A stretch of 64,000 bases of DNA from NCBI GenBank assembly GCA_963667845.2, contig CAXXVL010000002.1, forward strand, positions 864,001-928,000, written 5' to 3'. The position numbers were made by a program, and so were the translations under genes. The notes beneath the pieces were generated by a model that worked only from the letters and a program-made list of their open reading frames with translations, did not search any database and had not been told where the DNA came from. The stretch is from Smithellaceae bacterium. Lineage in GTDB: Bacteria > Desulfobacterota > Syntrophia > Syntrophales > Smithellaceae. Each line of letters starts with the position of its first letter. Position 1 is the first letter of the stretch. Positions 53,660 to 64,000 of this stretch are shown here, piece after piece.

Positions 53660-53701
53660 AAAAAAAGGGCGTCCTTATGAAAAGAGGCAGCCCTTTCTTT
53701 T
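53660..53701. terminator. Bidirectional terminator
   Basis: A-run, GGGC...GCCC, T-run between convergent genes. Confidence 0.6.
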
Positions 53702-53718
53702 ACAGTCGATAATCTCGT

Positions 53719-55614
53719 CTAACGAATTTTTGCTCCTGTCTTCGGTTCCCGATCAAATCCCAAGAGTGTCAGTCCGGAGGTGCCATCCGTTGCCAGCAAC
53801 ATACCGTGCGATTCCACGCCCATCAGTTTTGCAGGTTTCAGGTTGGCGACGATGACGATAGATTTGCCAATAAGCTCTTCCGGCTTATAATCTTTGCCTA
53901 TTCCGGCGACAATGGTCCGCTCTTCTCCAATATCAATGCGTAGTTTGACTAATTTATTGGATTTCGGGACAGGTTCGGCCGCTAGGATTTTGGCAACGCG
54001 CAAATCAACCTTACCGAATTCGTCATAGTCGATTTCCGGCTTTAAATCGACCGCCGCCTTTTTGAGGGCGGGCGCCGGTTCCTTCTCCGCACCGACACGC
54101 GGGAAAAGCGATTCACCGCGGGTGAGGACGTTGCCGGCGGGTAGCGGTTCGTTCATTCGGATGACATCCAGATTCACTTTTTGCGATGCTTCCAATCCGA
54201 TGTGGCGCAGAATCTTTTCCGCTGTTTGCGGCATGAACGGAGAAATTAAGATGGCGATGGCGCGCAATGCTTCGAGCAACCGGTACATGATCGCCACGAG
54301 TTTTTCCTGGTTAGCCGGGTCCCTGGCAAGCGACCAGGGCTCGTTTTCCACAATGTATTTGTTGGCGGCGCTGATGAGTTCCCAGACGGCCATCAGGGCC
54401 TTATGCAGCGACATGTCGGTAAAGCAGGCTTCCACTTCCGCCACCGTTTTTTGTGCCAGTTCCGGGAGCTTTCTTTCGAGTAAATCTGCGGGCGCCCGGG
54501 GAATCCTTCCATCGCAGTATTTGATGGCCATGGTGACGGCCCGGCTGACGAGATTGCCGAGGTCGTTGGCGAGATCGGAGTTCAAGCGAGAGACAAACGC
54601 CTCTTCAGAGAAGTTGGAATCCAGACCGAACACCATATCGCGCAGCAAAAAGTATCTAAAGGCGTCCAGCCCGTATTTGTCTTTTAGATCCAGCGGCCGG
54701 ACTACATTTCCCAGGCTTTTGGACATCTTGCTTTGATCAGAATTCCAGTATCCGTGAACATTCAGGTGCTGATAGGGTTCGATACCTGCGGCTTTGAGCA
54801 TGGTGGGCCAGTAGATGCCGTGTGGTTTTAAAATATCCTTGGCAATCAGGTGCTGGGCTTCAGGCCAGAATTTCTTGAAATTCAGTCCATCAGGATAACC
54901 GACAGCCGTCACATAGTTTATCAGCGCGTCAAACCAGACGTAGGTGACATACTGATCATCAAACGGCAGCGTAATACCCCATGTGAGGCGCGTTTTGGGT
55001 CGGGAGATGCAGAGGTCTTCGAGCGGGTCCCGCAAAAACGCCAGCACTTCATTACGATATCTCTCAGGTCGAATGAAGTCCGGGTGATCCTGAATATGCT
55101 GGATCAGCCAATTCTGATATTTACTCATTCGAAAGAAATAGTTACTTTCTTTGCGATGCTGGGGAACGGTTTGATGATCGGGACATTTGCCGTCCACGAG
55201 CTCTTTTTCCATATAAAACCGTTCGCAACCGACACAGTAAAATCCTTCGTAGGCTCCGAAGTAGATATCGCCCGCATCATATACTTTTTGTAAAATTGAA
55301 CGTACGGTTTGAACATGATTGGTGTCGGTTGTCCGGATAAAATAATCGTTGGTGATGGCCAGCTCGGGCCAAAGATTTCGAAACTGCGCGCTGATTCCAT
55401 CGGCGTATTCTTTAGGCGTGATGCCCGCCTTTTGCGCAGCTTCGGCGATTTTATCGCCATGCTCATCCGTGCCGGTAACAAAAAATGTTTCACGACCGGT
55501 CATGCGGGCGTAACGCGCCAGGACATCGGCGACGATAGTTGTATAGGCATGCCCGATATGCGGTGAAGCGTTTACGTAGTAAATGGGTGTCGTAATGTAA
55601 AACGGTTTGGACAT
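53719..55614 (-). CDS. metG: Methionyl-tRNA synthetase with C-terminal tRNA-binding domain
   Basis: HIGH, YVWFDAL, KMSKS, NLKPAKLMGVESHGM; start MSKPFY after an AGGAG RBS. Confidence 0.97.
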   Translation of the reverse strand: MSKPFYITTPIYYVNASPHIGHAYTTIVADVLARYARMTGRETFFVTGTDEHGDKIAEAAQKAGITPKEYADGISAQFRNLWPELAITNDYFIRTTDTNHVQTVRSILQKVYDAGDIYFGAYEGFYCVGCERFYMEKELVDGKCPDHQTVPQHRKESNYFFRMSKYQNWLIQHIQDHPDFIRPERYRNEVLAFLRDPLEDLCISRPKTRLTWGITLPFDDQYVTYVWFDALINYVTAVGYPDGLNFKKFWPEAQHLIAKDILKPHGIYWPTMLKAAGIEPYQHLNVHGYWNSDQSKMSKSLGNVVRPLDLKDKYGLDAFRYFLLRDMVFGLDSNFSEEAFVSRLNSDLANDLGNLVSRAVTMAIKYCDGRIPRAPADLLERKLPELAQKTVAEVEACFTDMSLHKALMAVWELISAANKYIVENEPWSLARDPANQEKLVAIMYRLLEALRAIAILISPFMPQTAEKILRHIGLEASQKVNLDVIRMNEPLPAGNVLTRGESLFPRVGAEKEPAPALKKAAVDLKPEIDYDEFGKVDLRVAKILAAEPVPKSNKLVKLRIDIGEERTIVAGIGKDYKPEELIGKSIVIVANLKPAKLMGVESHGMLLATDGTSGLTLLGFDREPKTGAKIR

Positions 55615-55630
55615 GATGGTATAAAGCTCC

Positions 55631-56410
55631 TTATGACTCGCTGCGCTTCTTGCTTGTTTCCCGTGAATTCGTGATCTTGTGTTTTGGCTGCGGCGTTTCG
55701 TTTTCTGCCGGTGCGACCTCGGATTTCGCTTCCCGGGCGCATTTTTTGACGCCGGCGTATCCGTTATGTTCAAAAGATAGACAGCACATCAAGCGGCCGC
55801 ATAAACCGGATATTTTTTCCGGATTGAGCGACATGCTTTGCTCTTTGGCCATTTTGACGGTAACACGATCCAGATTTTGCAGGATGCCAGCACAACAGAC
55901 CGTTCGTCCGCAAACCGCGAGACCTTTGACGATTCTCGCTTCCTGACGTGCGCCGATTTGTTTGAGTTCAATTCTGGTTTTGAATTTGGCGACCAGATCT
56001 TTAACCAGTTCGCGAAAATCCACCCGGTTTTCCGCGGTGAAGTAAAAGATCATTTTGCTTTTGTCGAAGAGGCATTCCACCGTGATCAATTTCATGGCCA
56101 GACTTTTTTCATGAATCTTTTCGATGCAATATTTCCGAGCATCCTCTTCGATCATTTCGAGCTCTTCTTTGGCACGCAGATCCTCTGCCGTTGCTTTACG
56201 CAGAACATTTTTCAGATTGGGAGGCAGTTGAGCGGATTCACATCGCTGGACGTCAGTTACAACAACTCCCAGAGCGATACCGTTGTCCGTATTGACCAGC
56301 ACCTGGTCATGTTTCTGCACAATCAGGTCGCAGGCATCAAAATTGTAGATTCTGCCTTCCTTCTTAAATTTAACTCCAATAATATTGGTTAACACATTAT
56401 ATCCCGTCAA
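55631..56410 (-). CDS. yaaT: PSP1/YaaT (RicT) family protein
   Basis: RVDFRELVKDL, CGRTVCC, SGLCGRLMCCL; holB-yaaT-metG order. Confidence 0.9.
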   Translation of the reverse strand: MTGYNVLTNIIGVKFKKEGRIYNFDACDLIVQKHDQVLVNTDNGIALGVVVTDVQRCESAQLPPNLKNVLRKATAEDLRAKEELEMIEEDARKYCIEKIHEKSLAMKLITVECLFDKSKMIFYFTAENRVDFRELVKDLVAKFKTRIELKQIGARQEARIVKGLAVCGRTVCCAGILQNLDRVTVKMAKEQSMSLNPEKISGLCGRLMCCLSFEHNGYAGVKKCAREAKSEVAPAENETPQPKHKITNSRETSKKRSES

Positions 56411-56420
56411 GTTTGCTTTT

Positions 56421-57401
56421 TTACAGGTGGAGCTTAAATGCCATTGCCTCTAATGTCAACGATTTGTTCACATTCATTTCGATCGTCTCGTTGGACTTCG
56501 AAACCAGAGCGATGTTCCGCAGAATCTGCTCTCCGCGCAAACGGCGGGTCAGAGATGAGACGACCGGCAGACTGTCCACATTGATGATCATCGAGGATTT
56601 GGCAGTTTCTTTATAAACCAGCGCATCGCGAAAGTACGTGTTGAGAATCGCGAGCCTCTGTCTGATTTCCTTTTTGTCCTGACCTAAAAAAGACGACAGG
56701 GTCAATAGGCTCATCGGATCATTCCGGTTTGTCACGGTCAGCAGGCGGCCCAGCTCCGCCCGAAAAGCGATCATGTCTTCCGAGTTCAGGGCCTGGGCCT
56801 GACCGATCGATCCTCCGGACAGCGAAGCGAGCAATAGAGCCTTGGAAGGGTCCAGCTGTTCTTGTTCGACGAGAAACCGGGCCACAGTATCAGCCGGCAG
56901 AGGATTCATGCGCAAGTGCCGGCAGCGTGAAAGAATGGTCTGCGGCAGCCAGTAAGGACGGGAGGTTACCAGGATAATGACGTTATCGGCAGATGGCTCC
57001 TCCAGCGTTTTCAGAAGAGCATTGGCGGCCTGCTCATTCATTTTGTCCGCGTCATCGATGATGAATAGGCGTTTTCGTCCCTCGAGCGGCTTAAACGTCA
57101 TCTGCCGCTGAATATCGCGAATGGCGTCAATGCGAATGAATTGCGCTTCTGTTGTCACCAGCAGAATATCCGGATGATTCCCGTGAATCATTTTCCTGCA
57201 GGATGGACAGGCACCGCAGGAATCATTTTGCAGGGCGGCATTTTCACAGTTGAGAGCCTGGGCAAAGGCCATCGCCAGTGTCTTCTTACCAATAGCGGAA
57301 AGTCCGCTGAAAATATAGGAGTGTCCGACGCGCTTGCCGGCCAGGGCTTTTTTCAGCATGCCGATTTGTTTTGAATGACCGTAAATATTTGCAAAAGACA
57401 T
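56421..57401 (-). CDS. holB: DNA polymerase III delta' subunit
   Basis: CGACPSC, NHPD, AANALLKTLEEP, TILSRC. Confidence 0.93.
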   Translation of the reverse strand: MSFANIYGHSKQIGMLKKALAGKRVGHSYIFSGLSAIGKKTLAMAFAQALNCENAALQNDSCGACPSCRKMIHGNHPDILLVTTEAQFIRIDAIRDIQRQMTFKPLEGRKRLFIIDDADKMNEQAANALLKTLEEPSADNVIILVTSRPYWLPQTILSRCRHLRMNPLPADTVARFLVEQEQLDPSKALLLASLSGGSIGQAQALNSEDMIAFRAELGRLLTVTNRNDPMSLLTLSSFLGQDKKEIRQRLAILNTYFRDALVYKETAKSSMIINVDSLPVVSSLTRRLRGEQILRNIALVSKSNETIEMNVNKSLTLEAMAFKLHL

Positions 57402-57423
57402 ATTGAAATTGAAACCATCCGAG

Positions 57424-58071
57424 TTAGTGCTGCCTGCCCATGAACTCCATCACATGCCTGCGGACATCATTGGCAATCTCATCTGCCGTGCGCGAGGCAT
57501 CGATGATCCGAAAACGTTCAGGATCGTTAGCACAAAGAGTCAAATAGGATTGTCGCACCCGGATGTGGAAATCAAGTTTTTCTTTTTCAAAGCGATCGGC
57601 GGAAGATGGATCTTTGAGCTCGGCATCACGTCTGCCTGCCCGCTTCAGGCCGGTTTCCACGGGTAAATCAAAGAGCAGGGTTAATGACGGCTTCAAGTGC
57701 AATGCGCAATAATCATTGATCATTCCGATGAAATCGGCATCAAGCCCGCGACCTGCCGCCTGATAGGCGAATGTCGCATCGGAAAACCTGTCGCACAAAA
57801 CGTATTTCCCCTCTTCGAGAGCGGGCCGGATGACTTCTCTGACATGCTGTGCGCGGGCCGCGCAAAACAGGAGTAATTCGGTTTCGGGGCACATCGCCTG
57901 GTGGCCGCGGTTGAAAAGAATATCGCCGATTTTGCGGCCGATGACCGTCCCACCCGGTTCCTGCGTCATGACCATGCGCACATTCTTCTCAATCAAATAC
58001 GCACCCAGAAGCTTCAACTGCGTGGATTTGCCGGAGCCTTCGACTCCTTCAAATGTTATGAATCTATCCAT
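57424..58071 (-). CDS. tmk: Thymidylate kinase
   Basis: FEGVEGSGKST, EPGGT, CDRF. Confidence 0.95.
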   Translation of the reverse strand: MDRFITFEGVEGSGKSTQLKLLGAYLIEKNVRMVMTQEPGGTVIGRKIGDILFNRGHQAMCPETELLLFCAARAQHVREVIRPALEEGKYVLCDRFSDATFAYQAAGRGLDADFIGMINDYCALHLKPSLTLLFDLPVETGLKRAGRRDAELKDPSSADRFEKEKLDFHIRVRQSYLTLCANDPERFRIIDASRTADEIANDVRRHVMEFMGRQH

Positions 58072-58175
58072 GGATGTTTCTCCGAAACCAGGTTTATGTT
58101 GATGGATGAACAAGGCTATATGCGGCCTTTCGGCCATTGAAAAATAATCCGTCGGCGAAAAAAATGTTGCCTTAA

Positions 58176-58221
58176 AAAAAGCTGGGGGAAAGATCCGCCC
58201 TTTGCGTCGGATATTCCCCCA
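58176..58221 (-). terminator. Stem-loop terminator after the ferredoxin gene
   Basis: TGGGGGAA...TTCCCCCA inverted repeat next to an A-run (U-run on the minus strand). Confidence 0.6.
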
Positions 58222-58245
58222 ACATTAACGTCTTTTTGAAAGTTA

Positions 58246-58443
<198 letters not shown>

Positions 58444-58486
58444 TTAATCAGAATATTTTTCTCGTTCGTCCGACTCCAGCCGACGC

Positions 58487-58708
58487 TTACACGGATATGA
58501 CTTCCTTGATGGACGGCACTTGCTGTTTAATGATTTTTTCAATGCCCATCTTCAAGGTCATCTGCGACATTGGGCAACCATGGCACGCGCCGGTCAGTCT
58601 GACCTTGACCACGCCATCGGGAGAAACATCAACCAGTTCTACATCACCGCCGTCTGCCTGTAAGCCAGGCCGAACCTTATCGATCGCTTTTTGGACTTCT
58701 TCTTTCAT
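58487..58708 (-). CDS. NifU/Nfu-type Fe-S carrier
   Basis: RPGLQADGGDVEL, GACHGCP. Confidence 0.93.
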   Translation of the reverse strand: MKEEVQKAIDKVRPGLQADGGDVELVDVSPDGVVKVRLTGACHGCPMSQMTLKMGIEKIIKQQVPSIKEVISV

Positions 58709-58755
58709 AATGATCTCCATTTATAATCTTCATTGATGGATTGCCGCCTCGACCA

Positions 58756-59346
58756 TCAGTGCGGCATTTCGCTGACCATTTCCTTGACAACGGACCGGGC
58801 AACATCTGATAAATCCGGTTTGATTAACATGTAGCTATCTCCCACATGATGGCCGGCCTTCCACATCATTTTTCCCGTTTCGGCATCGATCAGCTTAAGT
58901 CCGACGCTAACCTTGGCCAGTTTCTTATCTTTTTCCACCGTGTAATTCCAGTAATCAACGGCGACCAGCAAAAAAGCATCTGTTTTCGTCAGTTCGCCGA
59001 TTTTTTTCGAAAGCTCGGGATCGGAGTAATTCAGGGTCTGGAGCTTGGACAGATAGTCCGTCGTAGCTTTCCGCAAAGCCTCGTTGGCTTGAATCTGGCG
59101 ATTCAGACTCGCCGTGTCGGTTATATCGGTGAACCATTTCTTGTCCATCAATACTCCAGGCACAATCTGTTCAATGTGATTGCGTGCCTCTTCATAGGTT
59201 CCGACATCGGCGGGAAATACAGCAATCCGCTTGGGATGGTAGTCCTTGGCTGCAGGGTCCAGTTGAGAAAAACGCAACCCGCCGCAACCAATTGCGCTCA
59301 AAACAGCAATAGCCAGGATAAATCGAGTCAAGAATTTTCGTATCAT
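58756..59346 (-). CDS. Hypothetical lipoprotein
   Basis: Lipobox AIGC, RIAVFP, LIDAETGKMMW. Confidence 0.75.
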   Translation of the reverse strand: MIRKFLTRFILAIAVLSAIGCGGLRFSQLDPAAKDYHPKRIAVFPADVGTYEEARNHIEQIVPGVLMDKKWFTDITDTASLNRQIQANEALRKATTDYLSKLQTLNYSDPELSKKIGELTKTDAFLLVAVDYWNYTVEKDKKLAKVSVGLKLIDAETGKMMWKAGHHVGDSYMLIKPDLSDVARSVVKEMVSEMPH

Positions 59347-59383
59347 TTATCTTTACTCCTTTCGTTAGCTTTGCATCGCAAAC

Positions 59384-61114
59384 TCAACCCAGAATGTGCC
59401 AGCAGAAAACGGCAAAACCAGCAATGATATAGCTTGTTTCCAGAAGACCTTCAATAAGAGCCCCCGAAAGACCCGCCCTTCTATCACAAAGTCTGAAACA
59501 AATCCATATATATAATATGCACAAAACCAGGAAAAAGCTCAAACTGGAACAAAAGCCGGTCGCACCAGAGATTAATAAAATAAACAATAATATCAAAATG
59601 ATAATTTTCAACAACACTTGAGTTTTTTCCTTGCCGATCACAACGGGAATGGTTTCCCGCCCCAGGAGTTTGTCGCTTTGGATATCCATGATATCCGACA
59701 TGGCTGATCGAATAAAGACGAGAGCAAAAGTAAAACAAAAAGCGACCGCCGTCGCGGCGTTAAAAATCTGGTCATTGTTTAGTGCCGGCAACACGGCTGT
59801 TACCACGCCCCAGGCCGACGCCATGAATATGTTCTTTGATCCGGGAATATCCTTTAATCGCTGAAAGCGTCTGTCTCCCGGCAGAATCTTCATGTTATAT
59901 AAAGCTCCGGCGAGTGAGATCAAGAACAGGAATAAGAAAGAAATCACACTGTTCACCAGTGACAAGGCCAGGGCGAGCAGGAGGGAAATAGCAGCCGCTA
60001 AGCGATAATACTTTTCGTGTTTTGCATAAGATATTTCACGGAAGGAACCGATTAACCCCGATTCTTTCGTGCTCATCAGCCGGTTGAGGACATGCATGGC
60101 ATAAACAAAAAAGGAAGCAATGGCAATTGACGGGATATCCACGGGAATTCTCTGCAAAATCATGCAGGAGAGTGCAAGGCAACCTGCGCCCAGGGCCGAA
60201 TAAAAATCGGTTTTGACGGCCCACAGCCACAGTTTATGCAGGAAGCCCGCTTTCTTATAGGGTGCGTCATGACCGTCCGTTATGTTGTCCATGACCTGGT
60301 CGATAATCCAATTAGGCGTGGAGGCACCGGCTGAAACGCCGATGCGCTTATAGGGCATCAGATTGATATTTCTTATTTCATCGGCTGTTTCGATGTGGAA
60401 TGTCGGCGTATTTTGTTTTTGAGCCAAATCAGCCAGACGGCAGGTATTTGCGCTGTTTTTGCCACCGACGACGAAGAGGGCATCCATTTCGGTGGCGAGT
60501 GCAATAATCTCTTCCTGCCGCCTTTCCGTAGAAGAGCAGATCGTATTGAAAACAATGGCCTGTGGACTTTTCTTCTTAATTATTTTGACGATATGAGCAT
60601 AGTGATCCGTATCCTGGGTTGTTTGAGCAACGACGCAGACCTTTTCCATCAAGGGCAATTTCTCCGCATCCTCAAGCGTGGAAACGATAATGCCGCGGCC
60701 TTCCGTGTAACCCCAGAGACCGTCCACCTCCGGATGTTTGCAATCTCCGGCGATAACGACTGTATAGTCCAGAGCGGAATGCTTCTTGATAGTGGCCTGT
60801 ACATAGGCGACTTTCGGGCATGTCGCGTCAATAATTTTGACGCCACTGTCCTTGATTTTCTTTCTTTCGTCAGGCGCAATACCGTGAGCGCGAATAACCA
60901 GGACGGCATTGGCGCAATCGCCGATTTCCGCAATACTTTTAATTGCCGTAATGCCGCGCTTTTTCAATAGGTCAATGGTCTGGGGATTATGGATCAGAGG
61001 GCCATAGGTGTAAATCCGCCTGCCCTTTTCATGCTGGGCAATGTCCAACACGGTATCTACAGCCCTGCGCACACCCATGCAAAACCCGGCTGTTTTGGCC
61101 AGCTTGATTTCCAT
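59384..61114 (-). CDS. ispH: IspH fused to a UbiA-like membrane domain
   Basis: AGFCMGV, IHN, RAHG, DATCP, QTT, NTIC, SANT, AGASTP; then multi-TM region with DIMDIQSD...TIPV. Confidence 0.92.
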   Translation of the reverse strand: MEIKLAKTAGFCMGVRRAVDTVLDIAQHEKGRRIYTYGPLIHNPQTIDLLKKRGITAIKSIAEIGDCANAVLVIRAHGIAPDERKKIKDSGVKIIDATCPKVAYVQATIKKHSALDYTVVIAGDCKHPEVDGLWGYTEGRGIIVSTLEDAEKLPLMEKVCVVAQTTQDTDHYAHIVKIIKKKSPQAIVFNTICSSTERRQEEIIALATEMDALFVVGGKNSANTCRLADLAQKQNTPTFHIETADEIRNINLMPYKRIGVSAGASTPNWIIDQVMDNITDGHDAPYKKAGFLHKLWLWAVKTDFYSALGAGCLALSCMILQRIPVDIPSIAIASFFVYAMHVLNRLMSTKESGLIGSFREISYAKHEKYYRLAAAISLLLALALSLVNSVISFLFLFLISLAGALYNMKILPGDRRFQRLKDIPGSKNIFMASAWGVVTAVLPALNNDQIFNAATAVAFCFTFALVFIRSAMSDIMDIQSDKLLGRETIPVVIGKEKTQVLLKIIILILLFILLISGATGFCSSLSFFLVLCILYIWICFRLCDRRAGLSGALIEGLLETSYIIAGFAVFCWHILG

Positions 61115-61118
61115 TTAG

Positions 61119-61865
61119 TTAAACTTTTTTGGCAAGTATGAAAAATTCTTTGTTGCCTGCCGGTCCCAGGAGCGGGGATTCACAGGTTCCTGCGACATTC
61201 AGATTCCGGGATTCGCAAAACCGGCGGATATCCTCCACGATGCGGTCACGAACCGCTGTATTTTCCACGACACCGTTTTTGCCGACTTCATCACGCCTGG
61301 CCTCAAATTGTGGTTTGATCAGCGCCAAAATCCGCCCAGAGTCCGCGATGAGCTGCTCTACGGCTGGGATAACGGTTTTAAGTGAAATAAAGGAGACGTC
61401 GATAACGGCCAGCGTTGGTTTTTCGTCCAGATCGGCTCCATTGTAATGGCGAATATTCGTTCGCTCGATGACCACAACGCGCGGGTCGCTACGCAGTTTC
61501 CATGCCAATTGTCCGTATCCGACATCTACGGCAAACACGCGCCGGGCTCCAGCGTCAAGCAGGCAGTCGGTGAAACCGCCCGTCGATGCCCCGACGTCCA
61601 GCACGGCTTCTCCGGTTACCGACATCGCAAAGTGGTCCAGTGCCCCTTTTAGTTTCAAACCGCCGCGGCTCACGTAAGGACTATCATCGCTCTTCAATTG
61701 AATCGCAGCATCAGCCGATACGAGTGCATCTGCTTTATCCAGGCAGGCATTATCGACTTTTACGGCCCTTGCCAGAATAAGCGCCTGCGCTTTTGGAATA
61801 GTCGGCGCAAAGCTGCGCGTCACGAGCAAATGATCTAAGCGGATTTTTTTGGTCTTAGGGGACAT
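61119..61865 (-). CDS. tlyA: TlyA-family rRNA methyltransferase
   Basis: RLD S4 start, YVSRGGLKL, DVGASTGGFTD, LIKPQFEA, GNKEF. Confidence 0.93.
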   Translation of the reverse strand: MSPKTKKIRLDHLLVTRSFAPTIPKAQALILARAVKVDNACLDKADALVSADAAIQLKSDDSPYVSRGGLKLKGALDHFAMSVTGEAVLDVGASTGGFTDCLLDAGARRVFAVDVGYGQLAWKLRSDPRVVVIERTNIRHYNGADLDEKPTLAVIDVSFISLKTVIPAVEQLIADSGRILALIKPQFEARRDEVGKNGVVENTAVRDRIVEDIRRFCESRNLNVAGTCESPLLGPAGNKEFFILAKKV

Positions 61866-62171
61866 TCCACTCCACCCTGTATGAAAGATATCATAAGTCG
61901 AATACAACGTCGTGTAACATGTTGCGGATAATTTTCGGCTGCTATCCTTGACCGTCCGAGCCTGCCCAACGTCTAAAATATTTTCTTGCACCGGTCAAGG
62001 CAATTAAGCGTACGTCAGCGTGAATTTCCTCAAAGAGAAAATACACAAACAGCCGAATAAATGTCTCAAGATCTTTTCGTGAAGTTATTTGGAATTGACA
62101 TAAGATGGTATTTTTCGTATTCTCCGCCCTCAAAAGCGCCGGCAAATACAGCATCAAACACGGAGGCCACA

Positions 62172-63038
62172 ATGCGTTTTCACGATCGACCGGACGGTGT
62201 TTTGCTCACCAAACTCCCTTTTTTCAGAAAGATATACCCGTTTATCATGCCGAGCCGCACGGAGGCCACAATTTATTCTACCCGGCGGGTTTCGCTTGGC
62301 AACCCACTGGCATGGCTGGAACGGGTTAACGCCACGCGGGAAGATAAACTGAATCTGTTTCATCTCGTACTGGCGTCATCCGTGCGCATGCTGGCGTTGA
62401 AGCCGGACCTGAACCGCTTCGTGTCCGGCCGGCGCATTTTCCAGCGGCGCACCATTGACATCTCATTTGTTGTCAGGCGGGAGATGACGGAACGATCGAC
62501 TGAAACGATGGTCAAGATGACCTTTGATCCCTACTCCACGATTGAGACCGTTGCCCGGCAAGTGAATGCAGTCGTGCAATCCACCAAAAAAGGCAAGACA
62601 TCCCACGATGAAACGATGTCCAGACTTCTGAATCTGATGCCCAGGTTTCTGATCCGGGCCCTCATGCGCACGGCACGAATCCTTGACTATTTCGGGCTTT
62701 TGCCCGCCTCGTACATCAAAAGGGACAGCATGTACACCAGCATCTTCATTACCAATCTGGGCAGCATCAATGCGGATGCGGTTCTCCATCCCATGTTTGA
62801 ATGGGGAAACGCACCCTTTTTCATTGTAATCGGCCAAAAGAAAAAAGAACCGGTCGTCAACGACCGCGATGAAATCCAGGTCGACGAAGTCATGGACGTA
62901 ACTTTCACACTGGATCAACGAATCACGGGTGGATTTAATTTAGCTCAATCGGGTCTCATCATAAGGGATCTGTTCCAAAACCCGGATGCTCTCTTGCGGA
63001 AACCGGAAAACCTTCCGGATCCATTCACGCTGGCCTGA
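62172..63038 (+). CDS. Stand-alone 2-oxoacid dehydrogenase E2-like acyltransferase core domain
   Basis: LNRFV, ITNLGSI, TLDQRITGG; GGAGG RBS; no lipoyl domain. Confidence 0.7.
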   Translation: MRFHDRPDGVLLTKLPFFRKIYPFIMPSRTEATIYSTRRVSLGNPLAWLERVNATREDKLNLFHLVLASSVRMLALKPDLNRFVSGRRIFQRRTIDISFVVRREMTERSTETMVKMTFDPYSTIETVARQVNAVVQSTKKGKTSHDETMSRLLNLMPRFLIRALMRTARILDYFGLLPASYIKRDSMYTSIFITNLGSINADAVLHPMFEWGNAPFFIVIGQKKKEPVVNDRDEIQVDEVMDVTFTLDQRITGGFNLAQSGLIIRDLFQNPDALLRKPENLPDPFTLA

Positions 63039-63101
63039 GGGATAAGGACGGCGAGTCCCTGTGGTTTGGTGGCCGTTTCTAAGGTTGTTTATCCATGATA
63101 T

Positions 63102-64000
63102 CTATTTCAGCCATTTTTCTTTCTTGTACCAGTCGATGGTTTCATTCATCCCCGTTTCGAGATTGTATTCGGACTTGAATTTCAGATCGGACCAAAGGGG
63201 GACAATATCGCACCGCCAGTTGCAGGCCGATAGTTCGTTTACTTTTTCCACATTCAGAGCGACGACTTTATTCGACATGTGGCAGACCAGTTCCGTCAAA
63301 GCGGCCAATATTTTCGTAAGCCAGATGGGGAGGGCGATGTAAATCACTTTCTTGCTGAGCCGGTGTGACACAACTTGTCCCAAATCGCGGCTGCTGTACA
63401 GGTTGCCGTCGGTCGCAAAATAAGCTTTGTTAGTGCACGAAGATTCGACAGCGTCAAAAACCAGGCGGGCCAGATCTTTCACGTAAATAAAGGTGAGACA
63501 CTGGTTTCTTACCGCGATCTGCAAATTGATCCCCCGGTTAATAAGCTTAATGGTTTCGAAAATATCTTTTTCACCGGGTCCGTAAACCGCGGTAGGACGG
63601 ATAATGATATACGGCATGTGAGGTTGCTCAATAAGAAGCTTCTCCGCCGCCAGTTTACTTTCGCCGTAGGTCGTCACAGGTCTTGGCGTTGATGTTAAAA
63701 GGATCGGTCGTTCGCTTTCTTTATCGCCCGGGCCAAAGGCAGCCAGGCTGCTCATCAATAGGAATTTATCCGGAACCTTACCTTGTCGCACCAGAGCGCA
63801 TATTAATCTGCCCGTGTTCCCGTGGTTTACCTCGAAATAGGTGTCTTTGTTGAGTGATTTCGTAACTCCGGCGTTATGAATAACATAGTCGAAGCGAGGC
63901 AAGGCGGACACGGTGGGATTCAGACGATTGACATCTGAAAAATCGAATTCAACGATTTTTATGTTCTTGGTTTTCAGATGTTCTAAATTACTGGTTTGGC
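63102..64000 (-). CDS. NAD-dependent epimerase/dehydratase, 5' end beyond the window
   Basis: IHNAG, SSLAA, YGESK, RPTAVYGP; frame open to the window edge. Confidence 0.88.
   Translation of the reverse strand, partial: QTSNLEHLKTKNIKIVEFDFSDVNRLNPTVSALPRFDYVIHNAGVTKSLNKDTYFEVNHGNTGRLICALVRQGKVPDKFLLMSSLAAFGPGDKESERPILLTSTPRPVTTYGESKLAAEKLLIEQPHMPYIIIRPTAVYGPGEKDIFETIKLINRGINLQIAVRNQCLTFIYVKDLARLVFDAVESSCTNKAYFATDGNLYSSRDLGQVVSHRLSKKVIYIALPIWLTKILAALTELVCHMSNKVVALNVEKVNELSACNWRCDIVPLWSDLKFKSEYNLETGMNETIDWYKKEKWLK

Overview
Bacterial chromosomal window containing the replication origin. Gene content (paaK/ACT, glutaconate-type CoA-transferase, sigma-54 regulator, IspH-UbiA fusion, selC) suggests an anaerobic deltaproteobacterium such as Syntrophales; this is inference. 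A minus-strand block runs rsmG-parA-parB-dnaA-oriC-dnaN-gyrB-gyrA-archease-rtcB. Other housekeeping genes are gatCAB-mtnA-HAD, selC (tRNA-Sec), and tlyA-ispH-nfu-ferredoxin-tmk-holB-yaaT-metG. Accessory parts are a kdnAB-like pair, a run of exported proteins (24-30 kb), a small island remnant at selC and a sigma-54-controlled ester/acyl-CoA cluster (38.7-49.5 kb). Features the ORF track misses include: a UGA-recoded ArsC/Spx-family selenoprotein; a second, more speculative small ORF that would end Cys-Sec-Gln-Pro; an unassigned ~115-nt structured RNA candidate; an oriC with variant DnaA boxes and DnaA-trios; a duplicated enhancer/promoter block; a MITE-like element; and a 59-aa ferredoxin. No rRNA, CRISPR array, integrase or transposase was seen. 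All product calls come from motif recognition by eye, not from database searches.
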